From a virus (lineage: Duplodnaviria; Caudoviricetes), in the IMG/VR virus record IMGVR_UViG_3300031694_000003, positions 3,767 to 67,766 of that record: a stretch of DNA of 64,000 nt, one strand, 5' to 3'. Of the stretch, positions 1 through 9,138 are shown piece by piece; positions within the stretch are counted from its first letter, which is position 1; each line of letters begins with the position of its first letter. Below the pieces are notes generated by a model, which was not told where the DNA came from, did no database searches, and saw only the letters and a program-made list of their open reading frames with translations. A program made the translations under genes and the position numbers.

Positions 1-109
1 TTGGATTGCTGGCCCGTGAAGACTCAATCTTTGTAATTTTAACTTGGTGTACACCAGCTTTGATGTACTGAGTTGATGTTGCGTCTACTGTTTCTAAGTT
101 TTTAAACAT
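1..109 (-). CDS. 5' part of a gene running off the window edge (MFKNLETVDATSTQYIKAGVHQVKITKIES...), possibly an ssDNA-binding protein
   Basis: ATG at 109 behind an A-rich leader; open to the window edge; follows the AAA ATPase; G-x-H-x-V-K-I pattern resembles phage SSB/DUF669-like N-termini (inference). Confidence 0.45.
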   Translation of the reverse strand, partial: MFKNLETVDATSTQYIKAGVHQVKITKIESSRASNP

Positions 110-126
110 GTTTTTGGTTTTAATGA

Positions 127-768
127 TTAATTGTAATACTCTTCACACTTTTCTATCACCTGTGCAAGGTCATTGTCTATATATAGTTCATCGAACATTT
201 CCATTGGACTTTTCGCTGAATCTTTACCCTGAGATTGAGTTCTAAACCTATGCTTAGTGCCTCCCTCTTCATTTGAATAATGGTTATCAGTGAATAGACA
301 AAGAACAAACTCCTTCTCTACTCTCTTCTTCCATCTGTTACCGTCAACAGCTACAAATCTTTCTTGTACACCATCTTCTCCATCATAAGCTCCGTCTATA
401 GCTAAGTATATTATATACTTTTCTGTATTCTTACTCATGTTTAGGATACGGTCTATCTCCTTATTATAAAAAGACCATACGTCAAAGCCTTTAAATCTCA
501 CGTCAGCCTCTCTGTATATCATTTCGATAAGAGAAGTGAATGATTCTATTACGATAGTATCAATGTCTGGAGATTCAACTGCCTTTTTAAACGCTGTATT
601 GAATGTATTAAGGTCAGGGATAGGCATGTTCTTGAAGTTTTTAGCTCCTCTGAACGGTAATTGCTTTCTCTCTGTATTTAATACAGCTGTTCTTTCTGCG
701 TTAAGGTTACGCAAGGACGATGACTTACCTGAGCCACTCTTTCCCACTACTATAATGTTTGGTTTCAT
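127..768 (-). CDS. AAA-family P-loop ATPase (AAA_24/Sak4-like recombination ATPase)
   Basis: Walker A GKSGSGKSS at the N-terminus, Walker B-like IVIES; 213 aa; replication context. Confidence 0.8.
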   Translation of the reverse strand: MKPNIIVVGKSGSGKSSSLRNLNAERTAVLNTERKQLPFRGAKNFKNMPIPDLNTFNTAFKKAVESPDIDTIVIESFTSLIEMIYREADVRFKGFDVWSFYNKEIDRILNMSKNTEKYIIYLAIDGAYDGEDGVQERFVAVDGNRWKKRVEKEFVLCLFTDNHYSNEEGGTKHRFRTQSQGKDSAKSPMEMFDELYIDNDLAQVIEKCEEYYN

Positions 769-998
769 TTCTTTGTTGGTAGTTTAATTATCTGTTCAAC
801 TTTTAACTTGTCTGGCTTTTTGTAATGCTCTCTCTTTGAGGTTACAAACTTCATAAACCCTCTCAATAATATATTTTGTTTCTTACCTATCAGATTCTGT
901 ATTTCTGCAAAGGTTAATGAAACAACTTTCAATATCTTGTAGGCAGGGATGTTCGTTCTCTCAGAGACAGCCTTACTTATTTCTTTAAAGTTTCTCAA
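765..998 (-). CDS. HU/IHF-like DNA-binding protein
   Basis: 77 aa, basic; helix-helix then ILLRGFMKF strand pattern typical of the HU fold. Confidence 0.65.
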   Translation of the reverse strand: MRNFKEISKAVSERTNIPAYKILKVVSLTFAEIQNLIGKKQNILLRGFMKFVTSKREHYKKPDKLKVEQIIKLPTKK

Positions 999-2311
999 TG
1001 CTTTATATAGTTTTGTAAGCTTTTTCGTTGTTCAAATTTAGTGAATTTATTGTTGAAAAACAAGAATATGTTACCTATTCCTACGTTTCTACCCTTAGCA
1101 AATATGATTTCTGCAAGACCTCTAACGTCACCTCCATTCTCATCAACTTCAAACCCGTAATACTCTGGTCTATACACGAGCATGACGGTATCAGCCGCCT
1201 GTTCAATCTCACCTGACTCACGCAAATCACCTAACGATGGTCTGCAACCAGGTCTTTTCTCTACACCTCTACTCAATTGAGATAGAGCCATCACACATAT
1301 ATTAAGTTCCTTAGCTATGTTTTTTAAACCTCTAGCTATAGCTGAAACTTCTTGCTCACGACTCCTACCTTTAGTGTTATTACTAACCAACTGAAGGTAG
1401 TCTATCATCACAAGCTTCACGCCCTTACTTAATACATACCGCCTTATTCTGTTAAGTAAATACTGAAGGCTGGTGTTGCTGCACTCGTCTATATATAGGG
1501 GCATCTTTTCTAAAGCTCCTACAGTTTTATGCATAACATGCCAATCACCTTCAGCTAACTCACCAGAAGACAGTGTCTTGTTTTCTATATATGAATCAGA
1601 TGCAACCAATCTTGTTATCAATTGGTTTACAGACATTTCATACGAGAATATAACCGAAGGCACATCAGCTCTTGATGCATTGTATGCTAAGGCTAAAGCT
1701 AAACTTGTCTTACCCATAGATGACGCACCACCTACAATTATAAGGTCTTGCTCTTTCCATCCACCAGTATGCATATCTATCTCATCAAAGCCACTTGTTA
1801 TACCTGTAAGCCCTTCCTTGGTTGAATTAAGCTCAACCTCTTCAACGAAACCTTTAAGCTGCTTGACTATGTCAGGCATATCATCGGAATTGGTATCGTT
1901 TATCTTTGTTAACTCCTCTACAGCTATATCGATAGCCCCTTCTACACTTCCTTCCTTTCTAACAACTACCTGTCTTAGACGCTCTAATACTTTCTCTAAG
2001 TTTATGGTCTTGTTGTCGGACGTTAGTTCGGTTATGCAGTTAACAAAATCATAAGAATAAAAGTCATCAGAATATAAAGATGCTATATAAAACATAGCGT
2101 CCTTGTATCCCATTTCTTTTAGCTCTCTATCCAGTGACAGCATATCTATTGACTTCCCCTGCTGATAAAACCCTTCCATCGCTGAAAATATAGCCTTATT
2201 GTTAGGTGTCACGAATAAATCGTTGTTTAATGCACTGAAATGGTCATAATACAGGTCTTTTTTATTTAAAAGCTTAGACAACACTGCCTTTTCTACATCT
2301 TCTCTTATCAT
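995..2311 (-). CDS. dnaB: Replicative DNA helicase, DnaB family
   Basis: Walker A GGASSMGKT, VMIDYLQL, ALSQLSR, DLRESGEIEQAAD, IIFAKGRN motifs. Confidence 0.95.
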   Translation of the reverse strand: MIREDVEKAVLSKLLNKKDLYYDHFSALNNDLFVTPNNKAIFSAMEGFYQQGKSIDMLSLDRELKEMGYKDAMFYIASLYSDDFYSYDFVNCITELTSDNKTINLEKVLERLRQVVVRKEGSVEGAIDIAVEELTKINDTNSDDMPDIVKQLKGFVEEVELNSTKEGLTGITSGFDEIDMHTGGWKEQDLIIVGGASSMGKTSLALALAYNASRADVPSVIFSYEMSVNQLITRLVASDSYIENKTLSSGELAEGDWHVMHKTVGALEKMPLYIDECSNTSLQYLLNRIRRYVLSKGVKLVMIDYLQLVSNNTKGRSREQEVSAIARGLKNIAKELNICVMALSQLSRGVEKRPGCRPSLGDLRESGEIEQAADTVMLVYRPEYYGFEVDENGGDVRGLAEIIFAKGRNVGIGNIFLFFNNKFTKFEQRKSLQNYIKH

Positions 2312-2889
2312 TTTCTTCCTAGTATTATCATTTTCTTATCAATTACGTCAGGAACTTCATTATCCCACTCCTCATTTTTAATCCACCTCTCAAGGTGTTT
2401 AAATTGTGGATGAAATTCATCTTTATAGTCCATGTGTGTCTTATACTTTATTTGTTTTTCCAAACTACTCAGTATAGACGTGAACATTTCCTCTGTTAGA
2501 TTTATAGACAAGAATATCTCTTTACTGACCTTCTTACCTATTTTTATCGGATATAACTTCCATAGTTTTTCAAACCATGTAGCTCTAACATCTTTAAGTA
2601 TATGGAAAGCAATCTTTTTAGATACATTACCATTAAATAACTTAGAACCTTTAGCTGTTACTTTAACAACCTTAGTATTCTCGTTAAATGTTAGGTAATT
2701 CTGCTTTCTTAACTCTGTATATGAGTTAGATATATTAACATCCTTTAAACCGTACTTATCTATAAGCCCTTTATGATACATTTCATTCCTAAAATTCTTA
2801 TGAAAATGTAAAACTAGCACGTCAACAATAGTCAACGCACTAGCTTTATCAAAACTTATCTTTAAAAACTGTATAATAAGCTCATTCAT
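2308..2889 (-). CDS. Putative replication initiator / helicase loader (N-terminal HTH, C-terminal WKLYPIKIGKK domain)
   Basis: F-x-x-x-W-x-x-Y-P-x-K-x-G-K and HLERWIKNEEW patterns of phage replication proteins; immediately upstream of dnaB. Confidence 0.6.
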   Translation of the reverse strand: MNELIIQFLKISFDKASALTIVDVLVLHFHKNFRNEMYHKGLIDKYGLKDVNISNSYTELRKQNYLTFNENTKVVKVTAKGSKLFNGNVSKKIAFHILKDVRATWFEKLWKLYPIKIGKKVSKEIFLSINLTEEMFTSILSSLEKQIKYKTHMDYKDEFHPQFKHLERWIKNEEWDNEVPDVIDKKMIILGRK

Positions 2890-3800
2890 TAGTTCATACT
2901 AACTCCCGTAGCTTTCATTTCCTTAATAATCATCTGTAAAGCTTTCTTTGTATATGCTCCACTATTTCCTACCAGTAATTCATAATCAGCACTCCAAGTA
3001 GTGTGTTCATAATGCTTATGTGTAAGGTAATGAGTTAGACCATTGAACAATCCATAATAACTACGACCTTTACGTTCGTATTCATCAGTTATAGAGTCCC
3101 TTAATAGCTCTCTTTTAGCTAAAACGGACTTTACAACACGCTTTTTACCCTCAATCTTAGCTACAACGTCCATAATCTTTGCTGCAAACTCTTCTGTAGG
3201 TTGATTGTTGGACATGATAGTGAACAGATTAAACAATCCATCTGTATTACGTTGAATAAGTTCGTTTATGAAGCCACCATTTTGTTTTTCAATACTCTTA
3301 GTGTGCTTAACAACGTGGTTATTGTCCTTGTCAGCCATTAGTGTAGCGAACATATTAGAACAACTATGCATCATAGTACTTATTCCGTAGACAAGACGTT
3401 GACTACCATCATGTGATGATAATGCATATAGATATAAATCAACATCATCATCAATAGTACCTGATTTTACAGATATATTCTTGAGCAGTCTAATAAAGAA
3501 AAATACTTTCTTCCCTCCATTAAAATGTCCACATCTTGAGCGATTTAAATCATAGCTACCAGGTTCAAGCTTATCTAGTATACTATCTAATAGCACGTCA
3601 TTCTGCATTACTGTATATCTACCACGGACAGGACCTAAAGCCTCACCTGTAGTAGTGTTTACTGTACAATAGAATGGTGTATCTGAATACGTTAATGGTG
3701 TTGCTGAATTGGTTGCTACCTCTTCATGCTCGTACGCCATCTTTAATTTGTTAACGGTAAAGTCTAACTCACCATCAGCTAAAAATTTCTCTTTAATCAT
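2889..3800 (-). CDS. DUF932 family protein
   Basis: GRYTVMQN, GHFNGGKKVF, SSHDGS, CSNMF and YGLFNGLTHY motifs; 303 aa. Confidence 0.75.
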   Translation of the reverse strand: MIKEKFLADGELDFTVNKLKMAYEHEEVATNSATPLTYSDTPFYCTVNTTTGEALGPVRGRYTVMQNDVLLDSILDKLEPGSYDLNRSRCGHFNGGKKVFFFIRLLKNISVKSGTIDDDVDLYLYALSSHDGSQRLVYGISTMMHSCSNMFATLMADKDNNHVVKHTKSIEKQNGGFINELIQRNTDGLFNLFTIMSNNQPTEEFAAKIMDVVAKIEGKKRVVKSVLAKRELLRDSITDEYERKGRSYYGLFNGLTHYLTHKHYEHTTWSADYELLVGNSGAYTKKALQMIIKEMKATGVSMN

Positions 3801-3999
3801 CTCCTAGTTTTTTACGAAGTTTAATTATTTCTTGTATAAGGTCATTGTCTTCATCTGGGATATATTCCCCGCTGAAATTAATGTACTTATTTGTTACGTC
3901 TCTTGCATACTCGTGTATGAGAGCTAAATCTTCTTTAGTTTCTCTCACCATTTTCTCCAAGGCTTCTATCCTTAAAAGGTTAAAGTCTGATGTACTCAT
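3793..3999 (-). CDS. Hypothetical protein (68 aa)
   Basis: Overlaps both neighbours in an operon-like array. Confidence 0.65.
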   Translation of the reverse strand: MSTSDFNLLRIEALEKMVRETKEDLALIHEYARDVTNKYINFSGEYIPDEDNDLIQEIIKLRKKLGDD

Positions 4000-4226
4000 G
4001 ATAGGTTTAGTTTTTTAGTTACTACTATATCTAATACTCCATAGTTGGTAGATGAATTTACTATATATCCTCTACCTCTTAATGCATCCATGATTTGATG
4101 ACGATAATTCCACAGGTCTTTATCCCAGTTTCTTTCGTCACATACAGACAACTTAGTTGTACCGTCATTTTCTACATTGTTAACCATTCCATCTATAAGG
4201 TTCTGTATCTCTTGTTCTGTATTCAT
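3996..4226 (-). CDS. Hypothetical protein (76 aa)
   Basis: ATGA-coupled to the downstream ORF. Confidence 0.65.
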   Translation of the reverse strand: MNTEQEIQNLIDGMVNNVENDGTTKLSVCDERNWDKDLWNYRHQIMDALRGRGYIVNSSTNYGVLDIVVTKKLNLS

Positions 4227-4396
4227 GATGGTGAATCATTTAAATTGTTAAACTTATCCTCAAATACAAGGTCAAGCTCTAATTTTTCGCTTAATGGTAG
4301 GTGACTGTATAGCCACTCTATCTCATCTATAGGTTGGTCACATTCATCTAGTAACCACTCTGCGTATAGTTGAGAGAATTTCTTAGGCTCTGTCAT
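4223..4396 (-). CDS. Hypothetical acidic protein (57 aa, MTEPKKFSQLYAEWLLDE...), not in the ORF track
   Basis: A-rich leader TTAACTAATAAAAACAAA-ATG; its stop overlaps the next ATG. Confidence 0.65.
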   Translation of the reverse strand: MTEPKKFSQLYAEWLLDECDQPIDEIEWLYSHLPLSEKLELDLVFEDKFNNLNDSPS

Positions 4397-4502
4397 TTTG
4401 TTTTTATTTAGTTAATAATATATAAGGGCACACATGTGGTTCGCCAGTATCGGCTTGAATCACGGTCTTAAAGAGGCTTACTCAATTCCTCTACCCTATA
4501 TA

Positions 4503-5993
4503 CTAATTCATACGGCTATTCTTCAGCGGGTTGCCAAAGTAATTAGCTCTCTTCTTACAATATTCCCATAAAGGCTCATGGAATTTAGGTTTAAGGCTGG
4601 CTGTTAGAACTTCTTTCAAAGTTACAGGACCTCTCCTACTATACATGGCATTCATTATTCGTCTCTGGTTATTCTCTGCAAATCTAACTATAGACATACA
4701 TATAAGCAACCAATTGTATATCTTATCGAATTCAATTGTTGCACTATGTGGTCTAAACTCAATCGTGTCAGGACCTGAAGCCGCTGAACAATTAGTTAGA
4801 TTAATCCAAGTATATCTCTGAGAGTTGTAATGCCCACCAGGGTGAGACCTTTTCTTATTGTATGTCTGACCTATCTTATTACCTATAGTAATCTCTCCTA
4901 AGATGTCTCTATAGTTGTGAAAACTAAGACGGTCTACAGATTCAGGTATTAACTTACAGTAAGTATTACTCTTTCTTGATGATGGAAGTATAGAGTATAC
5001 ATCGTCTTCAATCTGGCTACATAGTTTAAGAATCATAATAGATAACCTTCTATTGTTAGAAGCTCCTCCTATATGAATATGTACACCACACTTCTTATCA
5101 GTTTTAGCACCTTCCTCAGCTAACGCTGCACAAAGTTTCTGTAACTGTCCAACTCCTTTATCACCTTTAAGAACACCAGTCACATATTCAGGTCCTTCTG
5201 TAGAACCATCATATACAGCCTTAACATTCAAGCCATAGTTACCTAAGTAACTCTGATTACAGGTTTCTACTTCAACGCCAAAGGTGTATTCATTACCTGA
5301 TGTCTTATAGAAAGTCGTATCACCTTTCTGCATGTAAGTGTTGTCGAAATAATTGTTATCTCTATTGTCTTCACAACACTCGCTATCGTCATGTACATAA
5401 GAATCACAACAATCTCTTAGATTAACACAGCAATTTGCCGCAGTTTGGTAGCATTCATAATACTCCTGTTGGTCTTCCGAATATACATAGTCATTGCTAT
5501 TATCAACATCTATGTATCCTTGGTCTCCACAATTCAAATTACCAAACCTACACTTCTCCTCATACTGGAAATAACATTCCTGAGAGTCTCCATCGTCCTC
5601 TCCAACCCATACAATTTGGTTATCGTCACAATTTAAGCTCTCAATCCTATATTCATGCTCTATAATACAGCAATCTCTCTCTCGTAAGTACTTATAAAAG
5701 TTCTTAAAGAACCGTATAAATGGGCTAGTCGTTCCATTATCAGCCGCTCTCTCTAAACCCATAGAACTTATAGCTCTACCTTCTGTATAGTTAAGATGTA
5801 TTTCATGCCACAAATTGTAATGACCACCCCCTGAGAGGTAGTCATTCAACTTGTTTATTAATTCAGCTTTAGGTTTAGCACAACCTAGAAAGCATTCTTC
5901 AGGTACGCTCATCGTGGATGATAGTGACCGTGAAGTTATATTAAGAACTGCTAACCTTTCGGTTACGAACTCGTCTAACGGATTGTTTGGCAT
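4503..5993 (-). CDS. Putative amidoligase (COOH-NH2 ligase type 2, glutamine-synthetase-like fold) with a Cys/acid-rich N-terminal region
   Basis: FGVEVET, YDGSTEGPEYVT, CGVHIHIG, RYTWINL and TIEFRPHSAT motifs. Confidence 0.8.
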   Translation of the reverse strand: MPNNPLDEFVTERLAVLNITSRSLSSTMSVPEECFLGCAKPKAELINKLNDYLSGGGHYNLWHEIHLNYTEGRAISSMGLERAADNGTTSPFIRFFKNFYKYLRERDCCIIEHEYRIESLNCDDNQIVWVGEDDGDSQECYFQYEEKCRFGNLNCGDQGYIDVDNSNDYVYSEDQQEYYECYQTAANCCVNLRDCCDSYVHDDSECCEDNRDNNYFDNTYMQKGDTTFYKTSGNEYTFGVEVETCNQSYLGNYGLNVKAVYDGSTEGPEYVTGVLKGDKGVGQLQKLCAALAEEGAKTDKKCGVHIHIGGASNNRRLSIMILKLCSQIEDDVYSILPSSRKSNTYCKLIPESVDRLSFHNYRDILGEITIGNKIGQTYNKKRSHPGGHYNSQRYTWINLTNCSAASGPDTIEFRPHSATIEFDKIYNWLLICMSIVRFAENNQRRIMNAMYSRRGPVTLKEVLTASLKPKFHEPLWEYCKKRANYFGNPLKNSRMN

Positions 5994-6136
5994 AATTTCC
6001 CAATATTATCAATTATAACTTTCAATTCTTTAGTGTCAACAGTGACACCCTTACGTTCTTCAAGCTTTTTAGTCGCTTGGTATAATTCTTTAACATACTC
6101 AGTATCAGCGCATAGTGTTAATAGTTTCTCTAACAT
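5975..6136 (-). CDS. Hypothetical protein (53 aa, MLEKLLTLCADTEYVKEL...), not in the ORF track
   Basis: Fills the gap between the amidotransferase and amidoligase and overlaps both. Confidence 0.55.
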   Translation of the reverse strand: MLEKLLTLCADTEYVKELYQATKKLEERKGVTVDTKELKVIIDNIGKLCQTIR

Positions 6137-7158
6137 ACCAGTATACTTTTGTTGTTAACAACTTCCACTTCTTTCTCGTTGCTCGTACCTTCGGTTTGAA
6201 GCTCTTGCTTAATTAACAGAATGAAATTACTTATAGCTAAGTCATCATCTTTCTCTAACCAACCATGATATTTCATCTCGTTGTATGCTAACTCAAACGC
6301 ATCTAACCCAGACTCTACATGATTGTACCAATCGTTGTTAAGCTCTTCAATATAAGACTCAGTCTGCGTTTCAGGTAAATCTTCTTCTGAATTCCAAGTA
6401 CTCCACCACTTCTCGTCATGAGCTGTGTTGTCGTAGTAAGAATCGACTTTATCGAACGTACCCTGAGTTATCTTATTATTTTTACCGTATTCATACCAAG
6501 GTTTAGTTTCTTTCTCAACAGCAGTTACCTTTATTTCAGTAGCTGTATCAAGCGAACCATCTTCGTTATATATGAACAAGAAGTTTGGTACTACTTCTTT
6601 AACGTCCTTCTTATTGGAAGCTAAAGCTGTAAGACCCTCTTTCTTAGACGAGAATATAATACCATCATCTGTTCTTAACTTAAACAGAGGATTGTTACGT
6701 TTGTATACATGAAGTTTACCTGTTATCATGTCAACCCATAAAGCATTGATAGTTCCATTGTGACTACCTAATGTTTTCACATCGTCAGTCTTCTCAAGGA
6801 TACTATATATAGCCTTACTATCTACGTCAGTAACTTCTAAATCATTCTCCTTTAGATTCTCTTTATGATTACCTAATACACCATTGTGTACTCCAGCATA
6901 TTTACCATAAATATAAGGATGTGAGTTATCAGCTGTAATCTCACCATGTGTACTGTACCGTGTATGACCAAGAAAGCTATTTGTTGTTGTATCGTTGATG
7001 ATACTTAACAGATTACCTGACTCGTCAAGACATTTATATACATTACCATTGATGATAGCTCCAGAGCTGTGACCACCACGACTATCGTTGTCGTTCATTA
7101 GATACATTAATTTATTAATCGGTGTATCTTTCCCGATATAAGCTACAATTCCACACAT
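6130..7158 (-). CDS. Class II (Ntn) glutamine amidotransferase with an acidic C-terminal tail
   Basis: N-terminal MCGIV (catalytic Cys), SRGGHSSG, GHTRYSTHG, NSHPY, HNGVL, DVDS motifs. Confidence 0.9.
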   Translation of the reverse strand: MCGIVAYIGKDTPINKLMYLMNDNDSRGGHSSGAIINGNVYKCLDESGNLLSIINDTTTNSFLGHTRYSTHGEITADNSHPYIYGKYAGVHNGVLGNHKENLKENDLEVTDVDSKAIYSILEKTDDVKTLGSHNGTINALWVDMITGKLHVYKRNNPLFKLRTDDGIIFSSKKEGLTALASNKKDVKEVVPNFLFIYNEDGSLDTATEIKVTAVEKETKPWYEYGKNNKITQGTFDKVDSYYDNTAHDEKWWSTWNSEEDLPETQTESYIEELNNDWYNHVESGLDAFELAYNEMKYHGWLEKDDDLAISNFILLIKQELQTEGTSNEKEVEVVNNKSILVC

Positions 7159-7163
7159 ACTTC

Positions 7164-7403
7164 CTATAATTTTAAAGTTATTGATTTGGCTAATACAATT
7201 AAAGCTTCTCTATTCTCTCTTACGAAAGCATTTAGAAACTCCTCTTCTTCAACCTCTTCTGCTATTTCTTCTGTTATCTCTCTATGAGCCGTGATATGGT
7301 CATGATAATCTGCATCTTCTATCTCATAGAAGTTTACATCAAACAATGGGGCAAGAACACTACGTTCCTGCTCCTCCATTGCTAGTTCTTTCATTCTTCC
7401 CAT
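7164..7403 (-). CDS. Hypothetical acidic protein (79 aa, MGRMKEL...)
   Basis: Operon-like packing; N-terminus shared with the neighbouring gene. Confidence 0.65.
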   Translation of the reverse strand: MGRMKELAMEEQERSVLAPLFDVNFYEIEDADYHDHITAHREITEEIAEEVEEEEFLNAFVRENREALIVLAKSITLKL

Positions 7404-7610
7404 CTACTCTTTCTTTAATTGTTTAACAATTTCATCGTAAACTTTGTTATGTACAACCTCAGCATCACACCCATCTAATTCGGGTATAGTGCTATGTATT
7501 ATCATATTCAACGTCTCGCTCCATGACTCCATGAAGTCATCTGTGATTTGCTCTACAAGTCCCGATAATTTCTGTTCATCGAGGAGTAATTCTTTCATCT
7601 TTCCCATCAT
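7404..7610 (-). CDS. Hypothetical acidic protein (68 aa, MMGKMKEL...); start revised from 7652
   Basis: ATG at 7610 overlaps the upstream TGA (ATGA coupling). Confidence 0.65.
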   Translation of the reverse strand: MMGKMKELLLDEQKLSGLVEQITDDFMESWSETLNMIIHSTIPELDGCDAEVVHNKVYDEIVKQLKKE

Positions 7611-8038
7611 GTAAAGTCTACAGTTATAAGACCTGAGTCTATGATGGTACACGTCATAGTACTCGACATATTTATGACTAATTTCTTAGCGTCAACCTGA
7701 CCTGTACGTGCTATCTTTCTGTACTCCTTCATTGGCTCGTCTAATACCTTAGACTCGATGATAGTGACAGGCTCAACCTTAGTCTTCTTGACTGATTTAA
7801 CAGTACTCTTAACTCTTTCAGGTTTAGTATTAATCTCGTAATACAACTGAGCATGAGCCTTTTTGTATTCAGGATTACCAATCCCTTTGATACTAGCACG
7901 CTTCATACGTGGCGGTAAATCATTTTCATTTTGTGGGATTATTTTCTTACCTAACCTTGTAACGTACACCTTATTCTTAATAAGGTTCGCTACGATTCTT
8001 TGACGAATCATCGTCTTTGTTATAACAGTCTTAGCCAT
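7607..8038 (-). CDS. Hypothetical basic protein (143 aa)
   Basis: TAATG coupling to the upstream ORF; Lys/Arg-rich. Confidence 0.7.
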   Translation of the reverse strand: MAKTVITKTMIRQRIVANLIKNKVYVTRLGKKIIPQNENDLPPRMKRASIKGIGNPEYKKAHAQLYYEINTKPERVKSTVKSVKKTKVEPVTIIESKVLDEPMKEYRKIARTGQVDAKKLVINMSSTMTCTIIDSGLITVDFT

Positions 8039-8217
8039 TATTTCTTCTTGTTTAATAATTTAAGAAGCTTAGCTCTTTGCTTAGCTCCGCAGGTTTTCAT
8101 CACTTGACGAATTCCTGTTTCAGTGCTGATTAACTCATTGTAATAAGCCAATCTTTCTGTTGCCTCCTCTCTGAGGACTTCTTTGCGCTCTCTTCGAGCA
8201 TTCACTAATCCAGCCAT
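8038..8217 (-). CDS. Hypothetical basic helical protein (59 aa, MAGLVNARRERKEVLREE...), not in the ORF track
   Basis: A-rich leader; TAA overlaps the ATG at 8038; lies just 3' of the tRNA-like element. Confidence 0.65.
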   Translation of the reverse strand: MAGLVNARRERKEVLREEATERLAYYNELISTETGIRQVMKTCGAKQRAKLLKLLNKKK

Positions 8218-8240
8218 AGCTTTCAGTTTAGTTTGGTTAG

Positions 8241-8304
8241 TAGAAGAGGGTGGAATCGAACCACCTGAGTCGTAAACTTTAACAACGCTCCAAGCAACTC
8301 TTCT
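8241..8304 (-). ncRNA. Minimal tRNA-like cloverleaf, non-canonical
   Basis: AGAAGAG/CTCTTCT acceptor stem, GCT-TGG-AGC mini D-arm, GTTGT-TAAAGTTT-ACGAC stem with 8-nt loop, GGTGG-TTCGATT-CCACC T-arm; no encoded CCA. Confidence 0.7.
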
Positions 8305-8492
8305 ATATTGTTAAGATGAATCAGAGATACTGACTTCTTTATAACTCTCATAGAGTATCTTAACCAATGCCGTCCTATTTTGGTTGTAGGCAACAGCTTA
8401 TCCTACGTACTTTCTTTTCTAGGCGTATCTACCTAGATTGCACGTCTGCAATTGTTTATACAGTCCTTGACTGTAATACTCTAATGGGTAGG

Positions 8493-8507
8493 GAAAGAGA
8501 GAGTTTC
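8493..8507 (-). promoter_or_regulatory. Partial copy E of the early repeat (GAAACTCTCTCTTTC)
   Basis: Identical 15-mer at 9099-9113; contains the AACTCTCTC box. Confidence 0.5.
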
Positions 8508-8512
8508 TATAC

Positions 8513-8881
8513 TCAATTCTTAAATATACCAACGGCTAAGCACCTTTGATAGCACTCCCATAATGATTCATTCCTTTTATAGAACTCTTCTGCAGTCATA
8601 CCTTTAGGAAAGTGTGTGTCTTTACCCTTGTTAACAATATCTCTATGTAGACTACCTAAATCACCAGAAGAATAATAAGGCACTTCATTGGTGAAAGTAG
8701 TCGCATCAAATACTTGCGGGTAATCTACATCGTTAGGATATTCTTCATCTTCGCTTGTATCTACAAACACACCTAAATCATATTTATGACCCTTAGAGTC
8801 TATAAACGGACCTAAGTATGTCGAATACTTAATTTGCTCCCACGCATCAGGGTGGAACAACTTTACATTTACTTGTATCAT
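8513..8881 (-). CDS. Hypothetical early protein (122 aa)
   Basis: Leader TTAACTAAAAGACGAAGAC-ATG. Confidence 0.75.
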   Translation of the reverse strand: MIQVNVKLFHPDAWEQIKYSTYLGPFIDSKGHKYDLGVFVDTSEDEEYPNDVDYPQVFDATTFTNEVPYYSSGDLGSLHRDIVNKGKDTHFPKGMTAEEFYKRNESLWECYQRCLAVGIFKN

Positions 8882-9006
8882 GTCTTCGTCTTTTAGTTAA
8901 TGTTAAACTATGTTAATACTGTGACAACTTGTGTCAAACACTTAAATATAAATAGGATATACCCATTGTCGGGCATACTTCACTTGTTTGTTAAATATAT
9001 AATCGC

Positions 9007-9014
9007 TACCTTTG
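9007..9014 (+). promoter_or_regulatory. Possible Bacteroidetes sigma70 -7 element (TACCTTTG), antisense to the early genes
   Basis: Matches TAnnTTTG; TTG/TTTG lies 16-20 nt upstream; intergenic. Confidence 0.35.
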
Positions 9015-9098
9015 GTGGGTAGGTGGTTAAATACTTAATGCAGATGCACTGAACACTTAAATAGAACACATAGTCTATAGTGTTAAAGTGATTGCAGT

Positions 9099-9138
9099 GA
9101 AAGAGAGAGTTTCCAAGACTCTAAAGACACTGTATATC
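9099..9138 (-). promoter_or_regulatory. Degenerate copy D of the early repeat (GATATACA...AAACTCTCTC)
   Basis: Retains GATATACA and AACTCTCTC; lacks AGTGATAGTGA. Confidence 0.5.

Noticed and set aside
5919-7768. Extra TGATAGTGAC matches on the plus strand at 5919-5928 and 7759-7768
   Set aside because: Both are inside coding sequence without the hairpin or AACTCTC box; chance or codon constraint cannot be excluded.
8241-8304. Calling the element a canonical tRNA with a defined anticodon
   Set aside because: The 8-nt loop lacks U33 and the D-arm is truncated, so no amino acid can be assigned.
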